Of a stretch of 64,000 nt of DNA, positions 48,870 through 58,286 are shown piece by piece. A model generated the notes under the pieces. It worked only from the letters and a program-made list of their open reading frames with translations, was not told where the DNA came from and ran no database searches. Source of the DNA: an uncultured Planctomycetia bacterium (GTDB lineage Bacteria; Omnitrophota; Gorgyraeia; Duberdicusellales; 4484-171); the NCBI GenBank assembly GCA_964455085.1, contig CAYVYJ010000004.1, forward strand, positions 22,714 to 86,713, given 5' to 3'. Numbering within the stretch: position 1 is the stretch's first letter; each line of letters starts with the position of its first letter. Made by a program: the position numbers and the translations under genes.

Positions 48870-50642
48870 TTATTCGCTAAATGGTTTATATTCAATACCT
48901 GACCATTGCATATCCAGGTGACCGGAAAACTCTAACATATTAAGCCGTATACCATGAACCACTACAGCCATTAAGGCTAAGAGTATATTCAAACTATGGC
49001 CTAAGAATAATATAAAAGCGGACATAAAACCAGCTAAGATGCTATTGCTACCTGAGGATAAAGCCATGTTATTAAAAGCCGTTGCTACCGCTACCGTAGC
49101 ATAACCGACAGCGAATAAACGCAAGTAAGAAACTACGTCCGAAAATGATCCGATAACTTTTAGCGGTAGATCAGCTAAAGAGAGCAAAGCTCCTTTCAAT
49201 ATATTTTTCTTAGGATAAGCAAATAGGATAACTAAACTTGAGCCCAAGATAAATAAGCCTAAAGTAAAATCAGGGGTAGTTCTGTTTAAAACTAACTTCC
49301 CGGCAACAAAGAATACACTCCAAATAATACTAATCCAACCCAGCTGAGCTAAAGCTAACCGGGAATTAATAAAACGGAAGGCTCTTACCCCGTGAGCTAT
49401 AGTCAAATGAATGGCTCCGATAAAAAAACATAGATAAATCATAAAAATCTGATTGGATCCGATGAAACTATCCACCCTATCTATTACTAAAGAATTTAAA
49501 ACCGGTAATTGAGCTATTCTTTCAAAGCCAAACCAGGTGCCGGTAACTACTCCCCATACAACAGTTGCTCCGCTCAATAGATAGCTTAAGAAAAAAATGT
49601 CCTTTTTAGCCTTTTTAAACTTTTGCTGAAGAAAAAAGGTTACAGCTAAGAACAATAAGCCATAACCGGCATCGCCGATGAGCATGGCAAAAAATATACT
49701 GAAAAAAAGAAGAAACCAGAAACTAATATCATATTCGTTATATCCGGGGAGGGTGCCCATAAATTTAAATATTGGTCTTATAATCTCAACCCAACCAGGA
49801 TTACGAATCAGAGTAGGTACCTCATCGCTATCAATAGGATCCTCAACCATTGTTGCCCAACCCTCCTTCCTAGCAGCTTGGTTAATTTCTGAAATTGACT
49901 CCTGGGGGCAGAAACCCTGCAAGCAGTAAATATCTTCTTGATGGGCCATGCCAAAACGAACCTGATTAAATTCTAAACGCTTGATGATTTCATCTTTAGT
50001 TTGGATAAAATATTTTTTATAACCGGCGGCAGCGGCTAATTCCTGATTGACCTCTTCTAATTCTCTCTGAACAGCGGCTATCTTCTTCTTTAAAAAATAA
50101 GGATTCTCATGGGGAACTTCCACCTCAGTTAAATTCAAAGATTCTTGTTCATTCTCAAAAAAGGCAGCCAGATAGACCCTGTTCCGTTCTTTTTTTAAAA
50201 CATAGATTAAATTATCTTTGGGAAGTTTCTTTAGACAGCGCCTGTCTCCCAGATAAAGTTTTATAAATACACCTGAGGCCTTTAACTCAGCTAAGGAGTG
50301 TGAGGATATCTTTCCCCATTGTTTAAACCAAAGACGCTTAACAGTAAGCTCCGTAAGTTTGGTACTCAGCTCTTGTTTCTTCCGGTCTAAAATAACTATT
50401 TCTTTGACATAAAAGGAGATTTGCTTCTTATCTAAGTCTTGACTCACAGTTTTTGATTCCCCAAGAAGGCTTATGGCCTGATTCAATAACTGCAATTTAT
50501 GCTCACAGGAATCTATTGCATCAGCAGCTGGATGACAGAGGTGTTTAATGTGTACCAAGCCTAATTTTCTCAACTGGCCCAAAGCACTGTTTACTTGCTT
50601 TCCCGAAACCAACAAGGCCATTTTTTTCATCTTGACTATCAT
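48870..50642 (-). CDS. ntpI: V/A-type ATPase subunit I (a)
   Basis: 590 aa; hydrophilic N-terminal half plus polytopic C-terminal half. It is in the operon position expected for ntpI. Confidence 0.8.
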   Translation of the reverse strand: MIVKMKKMALLVSGKQVNSALGQLRKLGLVHIKHLCHPAADAIDSCEHKLQLLNQAISLLGESKTVSQDLDKKQISFYVKEIVILDRKKQELSTKLTELTVKRLWFKQWGKISSHSLAELKASGVFIKLYLGDRRCLKKLPKDNLIYVLKKERNRVYLAAFFENEQESLNLTEVEVPHENPYFLKKKIAAVQRELEEVNQELAAAAGYKKYFIQTKDEIIKRLEFNQVRFGMAHQEDIYCLQGFCPQESISEINQAARKEGWATMVEDPIDSDEVPTLIRNPGWVEIIRPIFKFMGTLPGYNEYDISFWFLLFFSIFFAMLIGDAGYGLLFLAVTFFLQQKFKKAKKDIFFLSYLLSGATVVWGVVTGTWFGFERIAQLPVLNSLVIDRVDSFIGSNQIFMIYLCFFIGAIHLTIAHGVRAFRFINSRLALAQLGWISIIWSVFFVAGKLVLNRTTPDFTLGLFILGSSLVILFAYPKKNILKGALLSLADLPLKVIGSFSDVVSYLRLFAVGYATVAVATAFNNMALSSGSNSILAGFMSAFILFLGHSLNILLALMAVVVHGIRLNMLEFSGHLDMQWSGIEYKPFSE

Positions 50643-51250
50643 ACCCTAGCCGCCTCTCTTCTCTGTTCAATCTTAAGCTTGGCTATCTTTCCTCTTACGA
50701 CTTCTGCAGTCTGAAGCTCACCGATATATATCTGGATAACCCGAATGGTTTCCTGAGCTTGGGGAATTCTTACTTTTTCAAAAAGGTTAACTCTCTGGGT
50801 TGCGATTCTTAACTCTTCTTTTAAAATAGCTACTTGTTGATGGAGTACTGATAATTGCGCTTTAAAGGTTAACATCTCTTTTCGCACCTCAATAGCCTTA
50901 TCCACCCAAAGAGGGGTGAACAATAGATCGTAGGGTTCTTGTTTAAACTCAAGGCTTGAGAATATCGGCAGCTCTATCCCGGCAACGTTTCCCGAAGAAG
51001 TCTTGATGCTAAGTGAGCTGCAAAACTCCCCCCAAGGCACCTTTTCAGCAAATAGGTCGACCCATTTTAAAACCTTATTTCTTAAACTTTCAGCTAAAGA
51101 CGAGACTTCTTGAATGGCTTGGTGGACTTTTAGTATTTCTAACTGCAGCTGTTTTTTCTTTAGTTGCAGCATCGGCAGGTAACGCTGGTAGCGCTTAAGA
51201 TCTTCTTTTTGCTTTTTAAGTTCGTTTTTAGTTAATTTGATTTTAGCCAT
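50639..51250 (-). CDS. ntpD: V/A-type ATPase subunit D
   Basis: [36 protein letters not shown] is the canonical subunit D N-terminus. Confidence 0.85.
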   Translation of the reverse strand: MAKIKLTKNELKKQKEDLKRYQRYLPMLQLKKKQLQLEILKVHQAIQEVSSLAESLRNKVLKWVDLFAEKVPWGEFCSSLSIKTSSGNVAGIELPIFSSLEFKQEPYDLLFTPLWVDKAIEVRKEMLTFKAQLSVLHQQVAILKEELRIATQRVNLFEKVRIPQAQETIRVIQIYIGELQTAEVVRGKIAKLKIEQRREAARV

Positions 51251-52550
51251 CTAAGACTTCTTGGGGCCAGAATTCTTTTATTAGGTCTGTACGGAAGCTG
51301 GTCTCCTGGGGAGAAAAACAACGAGCCAGGATTTTCCATCCTTTATCAAGCGCATCTTCTAAGGATATTTTAACTGATAAATCCATCATCTCAGACTCAA
51401 AGAGTTTCCCGTACTTTAATAATTTTTTATCCCAGCTACTCATCCGAAATCCCATTGCTCTTTTTTCTTCACTCTCTTTATATTGAGCATAAAGCTGAAT
51501 CATCCCATCCATAATCACCCGGTGATCTCGACGGGTCTTATCATTTACCTGCTGTTTTAAACGGCTTAAAGAACCAAATGGCTCGATTCTGCCTCCTCTT
51601 AAATAAAATTGCCCTTCGGTAATGTAGCCGGTATTATCCGGTACCGGATGAGTAACATCATCGCCGGGCATAGTGGTCACGGCCAGAATAGTAATCGAGC
51701 CTGCACCTTCAAAATCAACTGCTCGCTCATAACGCTTGGCTAACTGACTATATAAATCACCGGGGTAACCCCGGTTGGAAGGAACTCTTTCCATAGTTAT
51801 TGAAATTTCCTTTAAGGCATCGGAAAAATTAGTCATGTCGGTGAGCAAGACCAAAACATCTTTGCCGCCTAAAGCAAACTCTCCGGCCACAGCCAGACAT
51901 AAATCAGGAACCATCAACCCTTCAACTATCGGATCAGAGGCAGTATTCACGAAAAAGATTGATCGGCTTAAAGCCCCACCTTCCTCTAATGTGTCTTTAA
52001 AGTATAAATACTGATCATGCTTAAGACCTATTCCACCTAAGACAATCATATCTACTTCAGCCTGCAAAGCTATCCGAGCCAATAACTCATTGTAGGGTTC
52101 ACCGGATACGGAAAATATCGGTAACTTCTGCGAGACAACTAAAGAGTTAAAGACATCAATCATCGGTATATTGGTCCTGATCATCCGCTTAGGAATGATT
52201 CTTTTAGCCGGATTAACCGTTGGTCCGTTGATCTCAATTAAATTTTCAACTAAGCCTGGTCCTTTATCCCGAGGCTGACCGCTGCCATCAAAAATTCTCC
52301 CCAAAATATTGTCAGAAAAAGCAACCCTCATCGGATGACCTAAAAATCTCACTTCATCATCAGTAGAGATACCTCTGCTACCGGAAAAAACCTGCAGCGA
52401 TACAATGTCATCTTCTAACTTAATGACCTGGGCTAAAGACTTACCTCGTGAGGTTCGCACCTCAGCCAGTTCTTCATAAGCTACGTCTTTGGCTTTTACT
52501 GTAATAACATTGCCAACGATACTAATAATCTTACTGTGAACTTTTCGCAT
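51243..52550 (-). CDS. ntpB: V/A-type ATPase subunit B
   Basis: Alpha/beta-family fold without a P-loop; [12 protein letters not shown]; 435 aa. Confidence 0.9.
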   Translation of the reverse strand: MRKVHSKIISIVGNVITVKAKDVAYEELAEVRTSRGKSLAQVIKLEDDIVSLQVFSGSRGISTDDEVRFLGHPMRVAFSDNILGRIFDGSGQPRDKGPGLVENLIEINGPTVNPAKRIIPKRMIRTNIPMIDVFNSLVVSQKLPIFSVSGEPYNELLARIALQAEVDMIVLGGIGLKHDQYLYFKDTLEEGGALSRSIFFVNTASDPIVEGLMVPDLCLAVAGEFALGGKDVLVLLTDMTNFSDALKEISITMERVPSNRGYPGDLYSQLAKRYERAVDFEGAGSITILAVTTMPGDDVTHPVPDNTGYITEGQFYLRGGRIEPFGSLSRLKQQVNDKTRRDHRVIMDGMIQLYAQYKESEEKRAMGFRMSSWDKKLLKYGKLFESEMMDLSVKISLEDALDKGWKILARCFSPQETSFRTDLIKEFWPQEVLDG

Positions 52551-52565
52551 TAGTTCTCTTGGGCT

Positions 52566-54314
52566 TTAAGCACTAGCTTGGGCTTCTGTTTGCTTATAAC
52601 TATCAAGGTAATCACTGATTACTTTTTCTTGTTTTTTAAACTCTAAGCTCTTGAATTCCTTATAATTCCAATCGATAAATAACTGGCGCAACTCATAAAA
52701 GGCTTTACGGGCCCTTTCTTTGTGGTCAAAGTCAAATTCTTGCTCTAAGGCTCGCGATATTTTTCCGAAAACATACTTTTGTCTCTCTAAGCTGGTAGCA
52801 GCATCTATTTCATCAAAACCATTCTGCTGTAAGTAGACACTATCTAAGAATTCAGCCTTAAGGTAAACTATAAAATCGTCCATTGAGGTTCCTTCTTCGC
52901 CAACAACCTTCATCATTTGATGAACCTCGTTTCCTTTATGGAGGATATTTTTAGCTTCTCTTATCAGTTCAGGTTCAATAAAACCTTGGTAGCGTGACCA
53001 ACTCTCAATGGGGTCAATTGAAGGAAAATAACGAGCATTGGCTCTATCCCGAGATAATCCGTGAAAGGCACCTACTACCTTTAGAGTAGCTTGAGTCACT
53101 GGCTCTTCAAAATTGCCCCCGGCCGGGCTCACGGTTCCGCCGATAGTAAGACTCCCTCTTCCTTGCGAATAAAGCTCAACCACTCCGGCCCGTTCATAAA
53201 ATTCAGCAATCCTTGATTCTAAATAAGCTGGATAAGCTTCTTCACCGGGAATCTCCTCTAACCTTCCGGATACCTCCCGCATAGCCTGAGCCCAGCGCGA
53301 GGTAGAGTCAGCTAAAAGCAGAACATTTAAACCCATCTGACGGTAATATTCACCTAAGGTAGCTGCAGTATAAACTGAAGCATCCCGAGCAGCAACCGGC
53401 ATCGAAGAAGTATTGCAAATAATGATTGTTCGCTCCATCAAAGACTTCCCCGTACGGGGATCAACTAACTCTGGAAACTTCCTCAAAGTCTCGACCACCT
53501 CTCCGGCTCGCTCGCCGCAAGCAGCAACAATTACAATATCGACCTCAGCATAACGACTGGTAAGTTGTTGTAGCACAGTTTTACCAGCTCCGAAAGGACC
53601 GGGAATACAGTAGGTTCCGCCTCTGGCTACCGGGAAAAAAGTATCAATAATCCGAACTTTGGTAACCAAGGCTTCCTGGGGAGTTAATTTCTGTCGGTAA
53701 GCCACAATGGGAAGCTTAATCGGCCATTCAAAGACCATGGTTAGATTTAAGGCTTCTCCTCTCTGATTCCTGACTTCGGCAATCTTATCATTAATTTTAT
53801 AATTGCCCCTCCCGGCTATACTCGAGACTTCATACTCAGCTTCTAAATTAAACGGTAGCATAATCGCATGTTGGAAAATCCCCTCTTGGACATAACCCAA
53901 GGGGGTACCTTTAGTTACCTGTTCTTTGGCTTTAACTGCCGGGGCGAACTCCCACTTTCTTTTACTATCCAGAGGTTCTAGCTGGGCACCTCGGGGAAGA
54001 AAAAAACCAAACTTCTTAGCTAGACCAAACAATGGGTTCTGGAGACCATCGTAAACTTGGCCAAGAAGCCCGGGACCTAACTTCACCGAGAGCATCTCTT
54101 GGGAAAACTCTACTCTGTCCCCCACCTTTATCCCCTTGGTATCTTCAAATACCTGCATATAGGCGATATCTTGGCTGATCCGGATAACTTCAGCCATTAA
54201 ACGCTCGCTGCCTGAAAGCAGATAGCCGACTTCGTTTTGGATAATATTATCGGTAAAGCTAACCGTTATCATATTACCCTGGATTGATTTAACCTCACCC
54301 AATCGTTTATTCAT
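52566..54314 (-). CDS. ntpA: V/A-type ATPase catalytic subunit A
   Basis: GPFGAGKT Walker A, non-homologous insert region, 582 aa. Confidence 0.9.
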   Translation of the reverse strand: MNKRLGEVKSIQGNMITVSFTDNIIQNEVGYLLSGSERLMAEVIRISQDIAYMQVFEDTKGIKVGDRVEFSQEMLSVKLGPGLLGQVYDGLQNPLFGLAKKFGFFLPRGAQLEPLDSKRKWEFAPAVKAKEQVTKGTPLGYVQEGIFQHAIMLPFNLEAEYEVSSIAGRGNYKINDKIAEVRNQRGEALNLTMVFEWPIKLPIVAYRQKLTPQEALVTKVRIIDTFFPVARGGTYCIPGPFGAGKTVLQQLTSRYAEVDIVIVAACGERAGEVVETLRKFPELVDPRTGKSLMERTIIICNTSSMPVAARDASVYTAATLGEYYRQMGLNVLLLADSTSRWAQAMREVSGRLEEIPGEEAYPAYLESRIAEFYERAGVVELYSQGRGSLTIGGTVSPAGGNFEEPVTQATLKVVGAFHGLSRDRANARYFPSIDPIESWSRYQGFIEPELIREAKNILHKGNEVHQMMKVVGEEGTSMDDFIVYLKAEFLDSVYLQQNGFDEIDAATSLERQKYVFGKISRALEQEFDFDHKERARKAFYELRQLFIDWNYKEFKSLEFKKQEKVISDYLDSYKQTEAQASA

Positions 54315-54805
54315 GATGGAACCTCAGATAACTTATCAAACACAGCTGTACCTGCCTCTTTATTAAAAGTAAACAATCGTTTAAGAATCTGCAGTTTTAA
54401 AAAGTATAATATAAGAGCTTCTAAATCAAAGATGTGCCCGGATTCTAAATTCTCAATAAATTGCCAGCGTAAACTCAAAAGTTTAACCTCCACCTCAAGC
54501 GGGTTACCTTCGGCCAAATTTAAACTCAAATCAACTGATAACTTAAGCTCTTGATTAGTGTTTAGCTTACGCAGAGAAGCTAAAGCCTCTCTTAAGGTTA
54601 ACTCAAAATCTTTATAGGTCTTAAGTACTACCGGATCCTGATCTTGAGAATAGAAATCATTAATACTAACCGGGGATAGTATTGAAAAGTCCTTATTTGA
54701 TAGCCACTTTTTAGCTTCAGCCAAGAACTGTTCCTTATCTATGCTGCTGGGTTCATTAAAGGTTAAAAAGGGGAGTTGGGCTACAAAATAATAATACTTA
54801 TCCAT
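54311..54805 (-). CDS. DUF2764-like protein, a conserved component of compact V-ATPase operons
   Basis: 164 aa. It sits between subunit E and subunit A, as in Bacteroidetes, Chlamydiae and Spirochaetes V-ATPase operons. Confidence 0.45.
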   Translation of the reverse strand: MDKYYYFVAQLPFLTFNEPSSIDKEQFLAEAKKWLSNKDFSILSPVSINDFYSQDQDPVVLKTYKDFELTLREALASLRKLNTNQELKLSVDLSLNLAEGNPLEVEVKLLSLRWQFIENLESGHIFDLEALILYFLKLQILKRLFTFNKEAGTAVFDKLSEVPS

Positions 54806-55406
54806 TGTTTGTGTTTAGAATTGCCCAAAGGGAGGGATTTAAAAATTCGCCTAAAGCTTCAAGGATGCTTTGATCAGTAAAGTCATAATGAACATCTTCG
54901 CCTTTTATACCAATATGAAACCCCTTATCAATAGCTTTGCTGACCCTTATTTCTATAGTCTTCTTGGCTTCACTTCTTAAAGAAGCCAGGAGTAACTTTT
55001 CTAATTTTTCCTTATCAGCTTTACTTACTAAGATCTCCCAAACTAACTCCTTTCCAGCTGAGAACTTATCAATTATTTTTAAGATAAGCTCTTTCATGAA
55101 GCTAGGAGTTAAGGCATCAGCTGTTTTATCTTTTAGAATTTGGCCGAGGAGTGTAACTAACTCACCTTTTAAGGCTAAGCTTAGATCCCGGGCTGCCTGC
55201 TTAAGCGAATCTTTAGTATTAGTTTCCAATTTGTCCGCTGAAACTTTAGCTTCTTTCTCTAATTTTGCGGCTTCTTCTTCAGCAGCTTTAATAATAATTT
55301 CGGCTTCTTGTTTAGCTTTGTCGATAATTTCTCCGGCGGCTCTTTTAGCTTCCTCTATTCCGTCTTTCTTGATTTTAGCAATTAAACTCTCTAACTTTAC
55401 TTCCAT
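54798..55406 (-). CDS. ntpE: V/A-type ATPase subunit E
   Basis: 202 aa, Ala/Glu/Lys-rich coiled coil N-terminus (AKQEAEIIIKAAEEEAAKLEKEAK), first gene of the operon. Confidence 0.7.
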   Translation of the reverse strand: MEVKLESLIAKIKKDGIEEAKRAAGEIIDKAKQEAEIIIKAAEEEAAKLEKEAKVSADKLETNTKDSLKQAARDLSLALKGELVTLLGQILKDKTADALTPSFMKELILKIIDKFSAGKELVWEILVSKADKEKLEKLLLASLRSEAKKTIEIRVSKAIDKGFHIGIKGEDVHYDFTDQSILEALGEFLNPSLWAILNTNNG

Positions 55407-55489
55407 CTAACCACTCCTTATTAAAAAATTAAGTCCTAAAAAGTATTTTAATTATATAACCGATTAGAGAAAAATCAATTTTTTTCTCT

Positions 55490-56161
55490 CTAGCCGGCTA
55501 AAATCGCTTCGGCTGCCGCCAGGTAATCTTCCTTTTCAATAATTGGCCGGCCAACTACAATATAATCAGCACCGTTAGCAAAAGCCTGATGTGCTGTAGC
55601 CACTCGCTTCTGGTCTCCCCTTTTATCCTGGGGGTTACGAATTCCCGGGGTAATAACTTTGAGTTTAGTAAAGTTACTCTTGATTTCGACCAGATCAGTA
55701 GCTGAAGCAATTACTCCTTCTAAACCAACAGAATTTGCACGATCAACCAGTGCTCTTACCTCAGTCTGGGTGGCAGCAGAACTAGTCAGTATGCTCACTC
55801 CTAAAATCAATGGTTTTGGTCTCTTAAGCTTCCTAGCCTTAGCCTCGACCGCTGCCTTAACTCTTCTTAAAGCCTCAACTCCTACTTGCAGGTGTACTGT
55901 AAAAGCCCAAACTCCCAACTCAGTAATAACCGCAGCGGCCTTAGCCATGGTGTTGGGGATATCATATAATTTTAAATCTAAAAATATATCTATTCCTTGG
56001 TTAATAAAGTTCTTTACAAAATCCGGCCCAAACTTATTAAAAGCAATTGAGCCGATTTTAAATTTAACTCCTTGAGGAGAGAGTACCTTTACTACTTCCT
56101 TTATTTTAGCCTCTTCCTCTAAGTCTAAAGCAACAATTAGTTTATTCCAGGGCTCGCTCAA
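55490..56161 (-). CDS. pyrF: Orotidine 5'-phosphate decarboxylase
   Basis: DLKLYDIPNT, VALD, 223 aa. Confidence 0.85.
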   Translation of the reverse strand: MSEPWNKLIVALDLEEEAKIKEVVKVLSPQGVKFKIGSIAFNKFGPDFVKNFINQGIDIFLDLKLYDIPNTMAKAAAVITELGVWAFTVHLQVGVEALRRVKAAVEAKARKLKRPKPLILGVSILTSSAATQTEVRALVDRANSVGLEGVIASATDLVEIKSNFTKLKVITPGIRNPQDKRGDQKRVATAHQAFANGADYIVVGRPIIEKEDYLAAAEAILAG

Positions 56162-57065
56162 TTAAGCCTCCTCTTAGTTTATTAACGTCAGCTACTTTTT
56201 TCTGCTTAAGATAGTTTTTTATTCCTGATAAAACAGTTGTTGCTCTATCCGGCTCAACTAAATTTATGGTTCCCAGACTAATTGCGGTTGCGCCGGCTAA
56301 GATGAACTCAACTGCATCCGAAGCACTTTCAATTCCACCGCCGCCGATCAGGGGAATTTTAACTGTCCGGGCTACTTTCCAGACCCGGTAAAGACTCATT
56401 GGTTTAATCGCTTTTCCGGAATAACCTCCGTAAATATTACCTAAATAAGGCCGCTGGGTTTGGGTATTTATCCTTAATCCAAAGAAGGTGTTGACTAAAG
56501 AGACAGCGTCAGCTCCGGCCTGCTTAACTGCCCGGGCCACACTTACGATATCACTTACCTCAGGAGTAATTTTTATAAATAAAGGTTTCTTGGTTAGTTT
56601 TCGCAAGGCCTTAGTTAAACTATAAGTTGCTTTGGGACTTTGTGAGATTAACTTCTTTAACTTTAAGTTAGGACAAGATAAGTTAATCTCTAAACCGGCT
56701 ACTCCTGGCTCAAGGCTTAAAGTACTGACAACTTCCTTATACCCTTTATCTGAATTACCGCCAACGCTGACAATACACTTGGTGTTTAGTTTTCTAATTA
56801 AGGGTAGCTTCTCGTTGATAAAGACTGCTAATCCCGGATTCTCTAAACCTACCGAGTTCAGTACTCCGCACTCACTCTCATAGATTCGTGGGCTGGGGTT
56901 TCCGGCCCGGGGCTTAAGAGTTATGGTCTTGGTGGTGATTGCTCCTAAAGCATTAAAGTTAACTAAACCTTTTAATTCATGGCCAAAACCGAAAGTTCCC
57001 GAAGCAGAAATAATTGGGGTATCCAGCTTTAGCCTTCCTAATTTTACTTTTAAGTTAGTCTTCAT
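56142..57065 (-). CDS. pyrD: Dihydroorotate dehydrogenase (class 1B catalytic subunit)
   Basis: NPSPR, SVGGNS and GGGIESASD FMN-binding motifs. Adjacent to pyrK. Confidence 0.85.
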   Translation of the reverse strand: MKTNLKVKLGRLKLDTPIISASGTFGFGHELKGLVNFNALGAITTKTITLKPRAGNPSPRIYESECGVLNSVGLENPGLAVFINEKLPLIRKLNTKCIVSVGGNSDKGYKEVVSTLSLEPGVAGLEINLSCPNLKLKKLISQSPKATYSLTKALRKLTKKPLFIKITPEVSDIVSVARAVKQAGADAVSLVNTFFGLRINTQTQRPYLGNIYGGYSGKAIKPMSLYRVWKVARTVKIPLIGGGGIESASDAVEFILAGATAISLGTINLVEPDRATTVLSGIKNYLKQKKVADVNKLRGGLIERALE

Positions 57066-57418
57066 CTTCCAATAATCATATTCAGGGATATAATCAGTAA
57101 AAATATTCCAAAAATCTTCTTTAATATTGGCTCGGAAATTTTATGCACGAAGATTGCACCGATTAACCCTCCAACCAGAAATCCCAAACAGACAAAAGCA
57201 GCTACATTTAACTTAACATTGCCCTCAACATAGTACTTCCAGGCAGCCAAAAGACCTATTGGCGGAATCATAATTGCTAAAGTGGTGCCTTGGGCTTGAT
57301 GCTGGCTGAGGCCAAAAAGGTATACCAGGACTGGGATTAGAATTGAGCCTCCGCCAATCCCTAAGAACCCGCTAGCAATTCCCGCTATTAACCCTAAACC
57401 TAAATATAAGTGCCACAT
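57062..57418 (-). CDS. Single-repeat TSUP (TauE/SafE, DUF81) membrane protein
   Basis: 118 aa, 3-4 TM, GFLGIGGGSILIPVL signature. This is half the usual two-repeat length. Confidence 0.6.
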   Translation of the reverse strand: MWHLYLGLGLIAGIASGFLGIGGGSILIPVLVYLFGLSQHQAQGTTLAIMIPPIGLLAAWKYYVEGNVKLNVAAFVCLGFLVGGLIGAIFVHKISEPILKKIFGIFLLIISLNMIIGR

Positions 57419-57444
57419 ATCTACCTTCCTTTTAATGAACCCGG

Positions 57445-58227
57445 TTAAAGAACCTCATTGAGCTTAAAAACCGGTCCGTCCTTACATACTTTTTTATAAC
57501 CGGACTTAGTCTTTATGCTGCAGCCACAGCAAGCTCCTAGGCCACAACCCATAAATTGCTCAAAGGAAACCTGGCAGTTTGTTTTTTTATTGCCAGCTCT
57601 TTTAATAACTTTTTTCATTTGCTTAAACATTGCTTCCGGGCCACAGGAGTAAATGTTAATTGCCAGTTCCCGGTCCTGGGCATCAAGCACCCTTTCTAAT
57701 AATTCAGTAGCAATGCCCTGGTGCCCGTCTGAGCCATCTTCGGTAGCCACCATTATTTTACAGCCGCGTTTCTTAAAAGCATCTAGGCATAATACTTCGG
57801 CATCATTTTTCGCCCCCAGGATAACAGCAGTTTTTGTTTTTTTTAATTTATCGGCTAAAAAGACCAGCGGGGCAACCCCTAAGCCTCCGGCAACCAAGAT
57901 ATTTTCAGCCGGCGCAGGCGACCAACAAAAACCACTTCCTAAGGGACCAATGATGCTCAACTTATCGCCGGGCTCATATCCCGATAATATCTTGGTTCCT
58001 CTGCCCCTAATTCTAAACAAAACATAGACCTGATTAGCCTGGATATAGTGGATACTAAACGGCCGCCTGAGAATAGTCCCAATTATTTTGATATGCAGGA
58101 ATTGGCCGGGAGAAGAATTTTTAGCTAAAAAAGGCGACTCAAAGCTTAAAACAAAGACATCATCCTTGATTTTATTGACTTTTTTGACTTTTACCAATAA
58201 CTGGCGAGGGCTAGATGCCTTTTTCAT
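57445..58227 (-). CDS. pyrK: Dihydroorotate dehydrogenase electron-transfer subunit
   Basis: FAD/NAD-binding fold plus C-terminal CGLGACCGCS ... C 2Fe-2S cluster. Confidence 0.85.
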   Translation of the reverse strand: MKKASSPRQLLVKVKKVNKIKDDVFVLSFESPFLAKNSSPGQFLHIKIIGTILRRPFSIHYIQANQVYVLFRIRGRGTKILSGYEPGDKLSIIGPLGSGFCWSPAPAENILVAGGLGVAPLVFLADKLKKTKTAVILGAKNDAEVLCLDAFKKRGCKIMVATEDGSDGHQGIATELLERVLDAQDRELAINIYSCGPEAMFKQMKKVIKRAGNKKTNCQVSFEQFMGCGLGACCGCSIKTKSGYKKVCKDGPVFKLNEVL

Positions 58228-58286
58228 GCTTTACCTATTATACCAGATTTTATGACTTTCTCAACTGAGGATAATTAACCTGTAGC

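Noticed and set aside
55462-55486. Hairpin AGAGAAAAATCAATTTTTTTCTCT between pyrF and ntpE as a terminator
   Set aside because: The stem is AT-only with no flanking U-tract in the minus-strand sense, so stability and function are doubtful.
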